A stretch of 64,000 nucleotides of DNA from Gammaproteobacteria bacterium. Its GTDB lineage: Bacteria; Pseudomonadota; Gammaproteobacteria; GCA-001735895. The notes beneath the pieces are model-generated. The model saw nothing but the letters and a program-made list of their open reading frames with translations, ran no database searches and was not told where the DNA came from. The stretch covers positions 96,001-160,000 of the forward strand of contig JBNKUM010000085.1 in NCBI GenBank assembly GCA_050298595.1. Reading direction: 5' to 3'. Positions 30,921 through 40,958 of the stretch are shown here, piece by piece; within the stretch, counting starts at the first letter, position 1, and the number at the start of each line of letters is the position of its first letter. The position numbers were made by a program, and so were the translations under genes.

Positions 30921-32111
30921 CTACTGCAGTTGTGAGTTTCGGTGCTGCAGTATAAACATTTCTATCAATCGATGCAGTTGCTCAAAATTTAGCAGATGTA
31001 AGTTTGCGAGAGTTATTTTTAAATATTGATCTAGAAGCTGGATTCCCAATCTAATCGGCAGCTCACTCAGGCTGACCAATAACTGATCAATAAACTTGCT
31101 GTTAGCCATTTCATTTTCTATCAGTATCACACAGCGCCCTGCTGCCTCGGGTACCTCTTCAGTTTTTATACCCGCCTGATTAAATTGTTGCCTCAGGTAG
31201 CTAGCCATAACCATAGATTGAACAGCCTGTTGTTGAAGCGCAGAAAAACCTTGCATACGGAAATAAATCAAACAATGTAAGGTAGCCTGAGGATCTAGCG
31301 AAGCGTCGGATAGCATGCCAACCGATAAGGGATTTTCTGCCAGCGTTTTCCATTGATAGGTTTCATCATTCTTACCCGCCATAGGAACAGGCAGATAACC
31401 TGAAAATTTAGCATTCGATAAGACTGCATTGCAGCCTTTATCCAGGCCGCATATATAAGCCACATCCAGATGCAGGATGTCGGCCCTGAGCCATTCGGAA
31501 GCTTCACTTAGTGCCAATAGATATTGTCCTGATCCATCTAAATATAAAGGGATATCGAGTTGATCCAGCTTACCCCTGATGGACTCCAGATAGTTAACAT
31601 TATCATCAATACCTGGCAGTGACACCACCAGCGCAGCACAATCATCATTGAGAAAATCTGTAATATTTTCCGGATTTAAAAACCTTACTCTCAGATTCAA
31701 CTCTTTGGCCACATCAGCAACCTCATCCAGCCCCTTCATCAATACGATCTGATTTCTCTGCCGCCTGTTTTTCTGTTGATACTTAATCACCATAGACAGA
31801 CAAGCAAAGATAGCCATGCGGCGATTTAATGCTGCCAGTGATACAGAAGGGTAACCGGTAAATACAGCTATACGTTGTTGTAAATCAAAAATTGTCGATA
31901 GCACACCCTGTTGCCTCGAATCAGGAATCTTTGAGTTATAGCCTTCCGGACATATTTTATTAGCTATGCGAGATGCCGTTAATATTGCATTACTCTCTAG
32001 TGCAATCGACTGATACAACGCATTCATCTGCTCACCCGAATTCGAACAAAGCGATTCGATATCTTTTATGCCACGCAGTTGATCAGCAGAAATTTCAGGT
32101 AATAAATTCAT
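30921..32111 (-). CDS. Highly diverged glycine decarboxylase subunit 2 (GcvPB)-like protein lacking the PLP lysine motif
   Basis: Residual matches QQGVL..IFDLQ...FTG...VSL, LYLDGS, ADILHL, YLPVP and PLSVG. NLHKTF, PLGSCTMK, HGTNPAS and GGGGPG are absent. Confidence 0.7.
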   Translation of the reverse strand: MNLLPEISADQLRGIKDIESLCSNSGEQMNALYQSIALESNAILTASRIANKICPEGYNSKIPDSRQQGVLSTIFDLQQRIAVFTGYPSVSLAALNRRMAIFACLSMVIKYQQKNRRQRNQIVLMKGLDEVADVAKELNLRVRFLNPENITDFLNDDCAALVVSLPGIDDNVNYLESIRGKLDQLDIPLYLDGSGQYLLALSEASEWLRADILHLDVAYICGLDKGCNAVLSNAKFSGYLPVPMAGKNDETYQWKTLAENPLSVGMLSDASLDPQATLHCLIYFRMQGFSALQQQAVQSMVMASYLRQQFNQAGIKTEEVPEAAGRCVILIENEMANSKFIDQLLVSLSELPIRLGIQLLDQYLKITLANLHLLNFEQLHRLIEMFILQHRNSQLQ

Positions 32112-32141
32112 GAATTAGTCATCGCATCTAATGCCGATATT

Positions 32142-33425
32142 TCATGTGAATTTTGGTTTAACGGGGCAACCCGCAGTAGAAAGGTTTTTAACCACGGTAG
32201 CCATCTTTTGTACAAAGCGATCAATCATCGATAGATCGTGTTGATCAGTACAGTGAATCAATAAACAGTTCTCCAGCTCAGGGAATTCATCCCCCAAAGG
32301 GTAGCCAGCCAGGATATTGTGACCAGCCAGAATTTGCAGGGCACGGTTCAGGTCGATGCTATCGAAATGGATTACACACTCATGGGTAAACGCTGATTCA
32401 AACTTCAAGCTGACAGCAGGAATCTGGACTAATTTCTCTATCAGACTGGTTAAATTTTGCTGCGCCAGTTTACCTGCTTGCTGGATTTGATTAGCAGATT
32501 GGCAGGCGAAAAACGACTGGATAGTCATCAACTCGTTTATTAATAAGCCAGGCTCTATAGTTTTATCTAGCCTAGCTTTATCTACATTGGCTTTTTCTGA
32601 GTTAGCAGAATCAGCTCGCAGCGTAAGCGCATTACCTTTCCTGCTCAAAGGGAAGCCAAGGGGTTGTAAATCGCACAAGGTATAATCAATATATTCACTC
32701 AACTGGGCAGGAGGTTTCAGATAAGTAAGTGATAAAGCATCAGACAGCACGATGGTTTTAATGCCGTATTGTTGCGCCCAATCTGCAACGTCAGCGACAT
32801 TTTCCAGTACACCGAAAAAATTTGGATAAGGCAATAAGATAGCCAACAGGTCATCAGCAACCAACTCTTCTAGCTGTGACCGGGAAACCTGCCCTGTTAG
32901 CGTATCAAAACCGATAACTACAGTCTCTATACACTGGTATTTTAACTGTGTTCGTAGCGCCGAACGCAGGCCTGGCGGCATGCTTGCTGCGAGCAAAACC
33001 TTTTGTCTTATCCCTGTGCCAGCCTGCTGCTCATGACTATACAGCTCAAGCAGTAAATCTTTTAACACCTGGCTTAGACACTCACCCAGCACTTTAGCAT
33101 TTTCCATGCCTACGAGTTGCGCAAGTTTCGACTCGACCCCCTTTTTTATTTCCTGATAACTTTCCAGTGAGGCCCCACAAGCTGGGTATGGCATTAATCG
33201 AGAGATTGAATCCAGGGCTTGAAGCGCAACCGGTCTGTAGAAATCATAAGATCCTGCAGCAAGAAAGTTCATACCAGCTCCATCCCGAGACAATAGCTCA
33301 ACACAGGAAAGAACGAGATCTTTTTCTGTTTCAACAGGGCGAATTTGTTCTGCTGGCAACTTCAATCTGGGCAGTGATATACCGCTTTCAGATGCCAGCT
33401 TCTGCAGTTGATTTTCGGTTAACAT
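32142..33425 (-). CDS. Highly diverged glycine decarboxylase subunit 1 (GcvPA)-like protein
   Basis: FLAAGSYDFYRP, LVGMENA, PYPNFFG, DLQPLGFP and GYPLG.EFPEL.NCLLI match GcvPA. YTPYQPE and REQHIRR.KATSNIC are absent. Confidence 0.8.
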   Translation of the reverse strand: MLTENQLQKLASESGISLPRLKLPAEQIRPVETEKDLVLSCVELLSRDGAGMNFLAAGSYDFYRPVALQALDSISRLMPYPACGASLESYQEIKKGVESKLAQLVGMENAKVLGECLSQVLKDLLLELYSHEQQAGTGIRQKVLLAASMPPGLRSALRTQLKYQCIETVVIGFDTLTGQVSRSQLEELVADDLLAILLPYPNFFGVLENVADVADWAQQYGIKTIVLSDALSLTYLKPPAQLSEYIDYTLCDLQPLGFPLSRKGNALTLRADSANSEKANVDKARLDKTIEPGLLINELMTIQSFFACQSANQIQQAGKLAQQNLTSLIEKLVQIPAVSLKFESAFTHECVIHFDSIDLNRALQILAGHNILAGYPLGDEFPELENCLLIHCTDQHDLSMIDRFVQKMATVVKNLSTAGCPVKPKFT

Positions 33426-33462
33426 AAAGGCATATATTGTCAGTGTGTTAAGAAGCAAACAT

Positions 33463-33486
33463 AAAAGCCCTGAAAACAGGGCTTTT
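33463..33486 (-). terminator. Intrinsic terminator after tpsA
   Basis: AAAAGCCCTG-AAAA-CAGGGCTTTT. Confidence 0.75.
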
Positions 33487-33517
33487 TGTTAATCGACATG
33501 CCATCTGAATAGATCAA

Positions 33518-36500
33518 CTACTTACACACCAGCCTGGGAGCGCGCTTTTTCTCGTCATCTTCTTCATCCTCAGTTTCAATACTGGCAACCTTGTCAACAA
33601 AGCTCATTGTCTTAACCATCTGTTGATGATCTAGCTCTCCACTATCAAACAACGTTTCAAGCAGATTCGAAACTTTATCCATATCTTCATTAGAAACCAC
33701 AACCGTATCTTTAAATGTAAACGTCCCCTGATTGATTATTCTGAAAGGATTATTGATTTGTAAAATAGAAGTATCGGGAGAAAACCAGTTAACCGTCCCG
33801 GTAGGTGTGATCAGCCAGTCAGTACCTAAAACTCCACTAACCAAATCTACGCGACCAGAAGTTGTCAAACCTGTACCATTAATAGTTCCCGTATCCCACA
33901 ACATGTCGCCCGCATAGTTTAGGTTATTAGCTTTAAGCGTCCCTCCTACAAGTTCTATCCTGGCAATTTGGAGTGGCGTATTGGCAACTAAAGACGACCC
34001 TGATGAAATCGATATACTTCCTCCACCGGTCAAGCTTGACATAGCATTAACAGTTAACTCAGTGTTATTTAGAGCTAAAACTTTACCTTGCTGCACCTGT
34101 ATTGATGAAGCCTGGACAGCAACTAACAGAGGATTTTGTGTATTGCTACCTATAAAACTACCCCCATCGACGATTACGGATGTAGATGCAGAAATCACCA
34201 GATTCCCTTCAGCCTGAATTTCGCTACTACCCGACATCGTCACGCTCGTTGGCAAGACAGGAATGTTCTGCACTCTGGAAACCACTCCATCAACCAACTC
34301 CCAGTTTATGGTCGTATCGTAAACAAGGGGATGAATATCTACAGCAAACTCAGAAGTATTGTTTAAGGATAAAAGTCCTGAACCTAAAAACTGGGCGTTA
34401 CTGCTGGCTGATGACAGGGAGACACCATCTGATAAGGAAAGTTGTGCGCCATTCGCCCAGGACATAATGCCTTTATTGTCTATAGAGCCTGTACCGGTAA
34501 AGACATTAGTTCCACTACTGGCATCTATCGCAAACAATGCATTGTTCACCAGATTGCCATTTATCTGAAAGGGAGTACCTACACTGGTTTGAATTTCACC
34601 CCAGTTAACAGCGTCAGCAGACAGGGTGCCCTGATCAAGTTTAAGCGTTGCACCTAAATTATATAAAACACCTGTACCCGTTCTGGACACTAAGGCATCG
34701 GATGCAGAAATGGCTAACCCACCACTACCATTGAACGGATCAAGTATAAAAGCATTGCCACTTATATCAAGGCTACCACCAGCGCCTACTTTGATCTGGC
34801 CATGCGCCTGAATTCCTCTAACAGCAGCAGTAGAGGTGATATCAACAACTGGGGTAGTTGTTCCATCAATAAATACATCCGTGCTTGAATCAGGCGCCAC
34901 CGTCGCAGTAAGCCCAGTAGAGAGATCCATCCAGTTATCTAGATCACTCCAACTGGTTGGAGAAGTAGATGATAACCCCGTCCATTGATAGATATTACTG
35001 GTATCTATGCTACCAATTGTATAACTGGCCGTATCAGCAATAACTGATCCATAATCAACAGTGCCTGCTGAAGTTGTCGCAATAGGGTCAACAATGGTGT
35101 CAAAGCCACTCCCTGAAAAACAACCAGTACCCGTGCAACCAACTACCGATACAGTGTTGCTAGAACTATCAGCAGCTAGTACAGCTGAGCTATCTTGCCA
35201 GTTCAAAATCAAATCACCACCATTAATAGCAACAGTATTCGCACTCACATAACTTGACACCATGCCATCTGATGCCGCCAGGACTGAATATAAGCCCCCA
35301 GAATTAAACACTAGATCACCATTAATAGTTAATGTGCCTGGGCTTGTTGAGTCATCTCCACCAGCGATCACGCCACCATTCACGGTTACACTGCTGTTTA
35401 TAGCAGCCCATCCAGAACTACTGAGACCTGAACCAGGTCCGAGCTCAAGCACTCCTCCAGTTAAAGTCAGCGTATTGTTATCCTGTATGTCGATCCATCC
35501 TGGATTTTTGAAATTTATAAACTGAGTATCTATAGTCGAGATAGAAGTAGTAAAGCTATTAAGATTAATATTCCCCTTATTATAAAACTGCCCTGTACCT
35601 GTGATACTGGCATTCTCCATATTGATATCACCGCCATTGGTCAACATTGAAGTGGCGTCTAAATCTAGTGTTGTAAACTGCATATCGATCGAATGTCCCT
35701 GCTGCACATTCCAGCTGGTATTTTGTAGTTTTAGAGCACCGCCTCCGGTTATTGATGTATTACCATTTACCATTAAGCTACCAGCATTGGTAGCAAGATC
35801 TACATTAAAACTTGCGGTTGAAGCAAACGTTTTAAAGTTAACCAGACCTGAGCCATCATTATCTATGTCTGGATTCAATATAAGGTTTAATGCACCGGTG
35901 CCTGTTGCAGAGATAGTGAGATTACTAGCAGCTGCATCAAAAATAATGTCATTGTGTGCATTTAACGTAAGTGAAACAGCGCTACTCGATAGAGAATTGA
36001 TATCCGCCAGGATGGTAATATCACCTGCTTGACTATTACCCCCAGCTGTAGCTGTTGAAACAGTGACATTTGTGCCTGCGTTGAGAGCAGCTTCTATAGA
36101 TGCGACACTCAAATAAGCACTGTCACCCGTTGAAATAAAATCAGGGTCACCTGTGATGAGAGCATCTGCAGTCGAACTAATTGTTATATTATTTGGATCA
36201 ATCAACCACTCACCTGCATTACCATTAAGTGCCGAGGCATCCGGCACCGATGTAATATCCAGATAGTGTTTACCAGAGGTTTCTATAAACCCACCATCAC
36301 CACTAACCGCACCACCACGCGCAGTTACTTCACCATGTACGTGCACATCTTTCTCTGCAAATACGATGACTTTGCCTCCATTTCCTGTCGTGTCGGCATC
36401 AGCATTGACACTGGCACCGGCAGCTATCGTGGTTGAGCTTGCATTGTGGATCTCGGGATTCAACCCCTGCTGATCACCACCGATAAGAATCTCTCCACCA

Positions 36501-37384
36501 GCAGTATCACCAGATGCATTGATATTCGCACCCTCATCAATGTTGACTGTATCGCCAAGTATCTCGATATACCCGCCCTGAATACCTGAGGCGTCTACGC
36601 GGCCACTAACCTGATTGGTAGCTTTGGCAACCAGGCTGATACTTCCATCAGCATTCTGCACCAGACCTCCAGCACGAATTGAACCACTGTGCTTCAAGGC
36701 CCCTGCAAACAAACTGGCACTACCCTGATTCGCTAAAATTTTACCCAGATTGGTCACCGTGTTTTCACTTCCAGTAACTTCAAACTGTATGGCCGGATTC
36801 TCCAGACTGCTGATGGTAATCGATTGCCCTGCCGCCAGTATGATATTTCCATTATCGACTTCGATAACGCCACCGTTTTCGATATTCGGTGCGATCAATA
36901 CAATATTGCCATTATCTCCTGCATGGATATAGCCCTGATTGCTAATTCCAGCTGAGCTATCACCTTCAAACTTTAGATTTCCATTCAGGTAATCACTATC
37001 TGTTATATTCAATGTGGAAGCGAAAAAACCGGCTGTATTGATTTGCGCACCAGCCCCAACAAGGAGGCCATGTTGATTAATCAGAAATACCTTACCATTT
37101 GAATTCAAATTACCCAGCAACTGGCTAGGGTTATTGGATATCACGCGATTTAATACGGAACTCGCCGCAGAGGGCTGAATAAAATTGGTGGTTTGTCCGG
37201 CGCCGATATTGAACGATTGCCAGTTGATGATGGCATTATTACTGTTCGTAACATTTAAAACATTTACACTGGGATTAGAAAAGGTAGCCGAGCCGTGAAC
37301 AACCTGCCCACCCGCAGGGTTGGCGTTGGCCATTTGACTACTCAGAATCAGACTGATGGTAAAAGCTAGCGTATTGTATTTCAT
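33518..37384 (-). CDS. Two-partner secretion exoprotein (TpsA, filamentous haemagglutinin N-terminal domain)
   Basis: Signal peptide then ANPAGGQVV.G; IINWQSFNI, VLNRV, LINQHG, GGFIETSG and WLIDP motifs; S/T/G/N-rich beta-helix body. Confidence 0.9.
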   Translation of the reverse strand: MKYNTLAFTISLILSSQMANANPAGGQVVHGSATFSNPSVNVLNVTNSNNAIINWQSFNIGAGQTTNFIQPSAASSVLNRVISNNPSQLLGNLNSNGKVFLINQHGLLVGAGAQINTAGFFASTLNITDSDYLNGNLKFEGDSSAGISNQGYIHAGDNGNIVLIAPNIENGGVIEVDNGNIILAAGQSITISSLENPAIQFEVTGSENTVTNLGKILANQGSASLFAGALKHSGSIRAGGLVQNADGSISLVAKATNQVSGRVDASGIQGGYIEILGDTVNIDEGANINASGDTAGGEILIGGDQQGLNPEIHNASSTTIAAGASVNADADTTGNGGKVIVFAEKDVHVHGEVTARGGAVSGDGGFIETSGKHYLDITSVPDASALNGNAGEWLIDPNNITISSTADALITGDPDFISTGDSAYLSVASIEAALNAGTNVTVSTATAGGNSQAGDITILADINSLSSSAVSLTLNAHNDIIFDAAASNLTISATGTGALNLILNPDIDNDGSGLVNFKTFASTASFNVDLATNAGSLMVNGNTSITGGGALKLQNTSWNVQQGHSIDMQFTTLDLDATSMLTNGGDINMENASITGTGQFYNKGNINLNSFTTSISTIDTQFINFKNPGWIDIQDNNTLTLTGGVLELGPGSGLSSSGWAAINSSVTVNGGVIAGGDDSTSPGTLTINGDLVFNSGGLYSVLAASDGMVSSYVSANTVAINGGDLILNWQDSSAVLAADSSSNTVSVVGCTGTGCFSGSGFDTIVDPIATTSAGTVDYGSVIADTASYTIGSIDTSNIYQWTGLSSTSPTSWSDLDNWMDLSTGLTATVAPDSSTDVFIDGTTTPVVDITSTAAVRGIQAHGQIKVGAGGSLDISGNAFILDPFNGSGGLAISASDALVSRTGTGVLYNLGATLKLDQGTLSADAVNWGEIQTSVGTPFQINGNLVNNALFAIDASSGTNVFTGTGSIDNKGIMSWANGAQLSLSDGVSLSSASSNAQFLGSGLLSLNNTSEFAVDIHPLVYDTTINWELVDGVVSRVQNIPVLPTSVTMSGSSEIQAEGNLVISASTSVIVDGGSFIGSNTQNPLLVAVQASSIQVQQGKVLALNNTELTVNAMSSLTGGGSISISSGSSLVANTPLQIARIELVGGTLKANNLNYAGDMLWDTGTINGTGLTTSGRVDLVSGVLGTDWLITPTGTVNWFSPDTSILQINNPFRIINQGTFTFKDTVVVSNEDMDKVSNLLETLFDSGELDHQQMVKTMSFVDKVASIETEDEEDDEKKRAPRLVCK

Positions 37385-37412
37385 AATGATGGCTCCTCTG
37401 GTCTACAGTAAA

Positions 37413-38879
37413 TTACTGCAGACGGCATTCAAACTCCTCTTTATCACTACCTTTGGCACCAAACAAATTAATCTTTTTCTGCATTTTCAGTGACAACTGT
37501 GAAGGCACAGGGATCTTGTCAAACTTCTGGAAAGGCGGAACAAAGTTCAGGCGTATGGTCTTCCCGGCAAGCCCTGCTAAACCAGCCTCACCCTTACCCA
37601 GATTAACAACACTGCCATCGACACCCTCAACCGCAACATCACCGTCTCGCACATTAACATATAACCCCGGCTCAATATTCTGTCTATCTGAGCCACTAAA
37701 CAGATCATCTCTAATTGTGATTCGATCAGGTCTGGGCGCATTACCCATGGTACGAAGATGGACCGGAAAATCAGGTATGATCACCGGTTTGGTGAATCCA
37801 TTTTTGACAAATGCTGCCTTACCATTTTCCAGTAGCATTTTGCCGCCTTCAAATTGCAACTCTATGGCACCACTCCACACCCTGGCATACATGCCACTGC
37901 CGCTTAAGGCATAAGCTGGTTTCAAAAAGAATTGCAACAGTTTTGCAACCACCGTTTCACTCAGTGGGTCCTGCAATGCCGTGTTGTCCACACAATCACC
38001 ATCACAGGCCAGGTCAAAGCCAGTACCACGGATACCTATGGTTGCTGTTGGCGTTGCCACTCGATAGGAGCGCTCATTCAAGCGCCCAATAGCGCCAGTG
38101 ATCAGACGCAAGCCACCTCGAATAAACCTTAAAAATGCATTATTCTCTGCTGGCACTTCAGGCTTATAGTAATGTTCTTCAATCTTAAAGGCTGAAGACG
38201 GACTCATCGTGATACGGCTTTTATCGTTAAACACTAAAACAGCAAACGATTTAATTCCGGTTTGTATTTGATCAAGCTCGTATACTGCTGCACCAGTCGA
38301 TAAGGGGCGTGATTTATTATTAGCGTCCAGTGCACTGGCCTTACCCTGCATTAAAGCAATACGGCCGATAACCTTTGATTCATTCTGCGAATTCTTATTC
38401 AGTGCTCGATTTTCTTCATCACACTCAGCACTTTCACACAGTCGGGCGTCAAATTCAGTACCCCGAATACCGATGGTGGCTACTCGAGTATTGATACGAA
38501 AAGCACTGGGGCGACTTTTACTGATGAGACCTGTTATGGCTCGAAAGCCGCCTCGAATCAAATTCATCAATGCGCTTTCACTACCCTTAGTCGTATTTAC
38601 GTCCTCAATTTTAAACGTTGTATTAGGTCGAAGCGTCATGCGCGTACCGTCTTCCAGTTTGATCACGGCAAAGCTGCTAGTGCCTGTATTCAAAGTTTCA
38701 CCTTTATACAATGACCCACCTTTGCCCAGAATCTGGAGAGCATCATTGCCAACCTGCCCTGTTAGCACTCCTCGGGTATAAGCCACCTCACCTACTTCAG
38801 TCGCGGCAAATACAGAACCTTGCAGGCACAGTAAAAATGAGAAAAACAAACTACGGTGAATCATGCTTTTTCTATCCAT
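37413..38879 (-). CDS. Exported protein with tandem FecR-like domains
   Basis: Signal peptide; two repeats with GGFRAITG/GGLRLITG and ATIGIRGT(E/G)FD, each followed by a Cys pair. Confidence 0.8.
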   Translation of the reverse strand: MDRKSMIHRSLFFSFLLCLQGSVFAATEVGEVAYTRGVLTGQVGNDALQILGKGGSLYKGETLNTGTSSFAVIKLEDGTRMTLRPNTTFKIEDVNTTKGSESALMNLIRGGFRAITGLISKSRPSAFRINTRVATIGIRGTEFDARLCESAECDEENRALNKNSQNESKVIGRIALMQGKASALDANNKSRPLSTGAAVYELDQIQTGIKSFAVLVFNDKSRITMSPSSAFKIEEHYYKPEVPAENNAFLRFIRGGLRLITGAIGRLNERSYRVATPTATIGIRGTGFDLACDGDCVDNTALQDPLSETVVAKLLQFFLKPAYALSGSGMYARVWSGAIELQFEGGKMLLENGKAAFVKNGFTKPVIIPDFPVHLRTMGNAPRPDRITIRDDLFSGSDRQNIEPGLYVNVRDGDVAVEGVDGSVVNLGKGEAGLAGLAGKTIRLNFVPPFQKFDKIPVPSQLSLKMQKKINLFGAKGSDKEEFECRLQ

Positions 38880-38887
38880 AGCCTGCC

Positions 38888-40435
38888 TCAGAATCGGTAA
38901 ATCAAGTTAAAGTGGGCCTTATCGTCACCATCCTGGTTGATCGTGGCATCAGGACCACCACCTTTATTGATGACAGCATAATCAAGCGCAACACTTAGCT
39001 GTTCTTTCCAGCTCCAGCGTAACCCGACTCCATAGGAAGAAAGATCGTAATCTCCACTGTCGTTAAATTTGACCTTAGCCTGATCAATAAAAACCAGATA
39101 GCGCATATTTGCAAAGGCCGGGGTCCAGATTTCAAAAGAAGTTTGATAGCCGCTATCACCGATTACGGAACGTTCTTCAAAACCACGCAGCGTAGAACTA
39201 CCACCCACACCAAATTGTTCGCCTGAAATCAGTAAATCACTACTACTTTGCCCACTTAAACCCGCGTGCAAGAGCCAGTCTTTAGAGAAAATCAGATCAT
39301 AAGCAAGGTTGTATCGTATAGCAGTCCAGTCATTTTTGGCGCCTGTACGGAGCAGTTCATAATCCTCATCACTATTGTTACTGCCAGAATCAATATTCAA
39401 ATCATAGAAAAAATCACCACTAATGGAGCTTGATTTGGCTGTATAGGTAAAACCATAACCCAGTTCTAGAGGAAAACTCCCTACATCGGCATTTGATACG
39501 TTCCCATTAATATCAATCTCATTCTCGAAGAGTTTATTTTGAAACCCAACAGACCACTGGTGATTAAAGTTGGTATCGGTCAACATCGGACGCGAATAAG
39601 TAAAACCAAATACCGAGCCCTTTCCGGTAATAGCTACACCTCCACCCACTTCACCAGAATTGACCTCCGAATCTGAAAATATAAAATCCAGATTGGCACC
39701 ATGTGAATATAGCGGTATATGGTAGCTCAGACCAAACTGATTGGTGGCATCCGGGTCTTCTGGAGCTACGGTCAAGGTTGCGGTTATCGTGTGATCGCGG
39801 TTGAATAGATTGCCATTCTGATATCCCAGAGTACTGCGGAATTCACTGGTATCTTTGCTACCAGTATTATCCAGCGTCAGGAAAAAAAGCTGCGGGTTAC
39901 GATCATTGACGGTTAAATTAGCATCAATGGTATCTCCCTCGTCACCTTCCTTAAACTTAAGCACCATATTCTTGGAAGCGTGATTATTAGCAAGTTTCAA
40001 AGAACGCGACAATTCCCTGGTATTTGGTGTACTACCAACACTTAACTCAGGAAGAGAGCTACGGATATTCCGTTCATTAAAGAACTTATTACCCGATATA
40101 TTTATCGCCCCGATAGTAAAATGAATAACATTCAACTCGACGGTACCAGAGATTAATTGCTGAGGAGGCAGGGACACTCGGTGAAAACTATAACCCTGTT
40201 TAATAATTTCCTGTTCCAGGGCATCAGCCGCAGCAGATAACCCATCCAGACCATAATGCTCACCTAGATAGGATTGCAGTACTTTTTGCGCTTTGTCCGC
40301 TATTGGGTTATCACCAGTGACGTCAAAGCTAGAAACCGTAAAACGCATTGGCGTATAAGTAGTTTGGGCATACCCTACCATTGGCAACAGAGTAACAAAA
40401 AATAAAACAAAGGCACTTCCCTGAGGTATTCGCAT
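38888..40435 (-). CDS. ShlB/FhaC/HecB family outer-membrane transporter (TpsB)
   Basis: POTRA region (V.LPPQ), LDNTGS, EQFGVGG.STLRGF (VRGY-like loop) and terminal aromatic ..YRF. The start could be 40495. Confidence 0.9.
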   Translation of the reverse strand: MRIPQGSAFVLFFVTLLPMVGYAQTTYTPMRFTVSSFDVTGDNPIADKAQKVLQSYLGEHYGLDGLSAAADALEQEIIKQGYSFHRVSLPPQQLISGTVELNVIHFTIGAINISGNKFFNERNIRSSLPELSVGSTPNTRELSRSLKLANNHASKNMVLKFKEGDEGDTIDANLTVNDRNPQLFFLTLDNTGSKDTSEFRSTLGYQNGNLFNRDHTITATLTVAPEDPDATNQFGLSYHIPLYSHGANLDFIFSDSEVNSGEVGGGVAITGKGSVFGFTYSRPMLTDTNFNHQWSVGFQNKLFENEIDINGNVSNADVGSFPLELGYGFTYTAKSSSISGDFFYDLNIDSGSNNSDEDYELLRTGAKNDWTAIRYNLAYDLIFSKDWLLHAGLSGQSSSDLLISGEQFGVGGSSTLRGFEERSVIGDSGYQTSFEIWTPAFANMRYLVFIDQAKVKFNDSGDYDLSSYGVGLRWSWKEQLSVALDYAVINKGGGPDATINQDGDDKAHFNLIYRF

Positions 40436-40958
40436 GACTATAAATTCTTCATTCTCGAATTTAAAATCATATCGACTGGTGATTACATTGTCCATGATAA
40501 ACTGGCTCAGGACATGCTATTTAGAGTACTTTCTATTAACTTGGACTTAATAAAGGATACTCTGTCTAGAATTATCATACCCACATGACAAATCTAAATA
40601 GTAAAACCATTTTGCTGCGCATAAACATGCTTTAACGCAGTAATAAACATACTTTGCCATAACTGTTTCGGCTTTGCGCTGACTCTCAAAACCTCTCAAA
40701 CACTTCGATTGATACAGGTAATCACCAGCATCCAATAATAGCCCAGCCTGCAGATCCAGAGCCTGAAACATTTTTACCAATAACAGCGATAGCGCTATAG
40801 AAGGAACATCTAGTGCACTTTTCCAGGATCCTGTCGGATTTAGGGTGAATCTACTGCGGAAAAGGCATTTTGGCCAACAATCCGATCATTTTCGTTAAAT
40901 AGGCTCACTATTCGCCTCAAATGATCGAAATATTTCGACTCAAAATACCGTTCCTTCG

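Noticed and set aside
40640-40700. GCGCAAAGCC on the minus strand upstream of tpsB, resembling part of a c-di-GMP-I riboswitch
   Set aside because: The upstream GGCAAA..GNRA-capped hairpin and the downstream pairing are not present.
40720-40800. Minus-strand frame reading IAVIGKNVSGSGSAGW, suggestive of a ubiH-like FAD-binding remnant after pepP
   Set aside because: The GxGxxG spacing is wrong, there is no start or RBS, and the frame stops within a few codons; probably chance.
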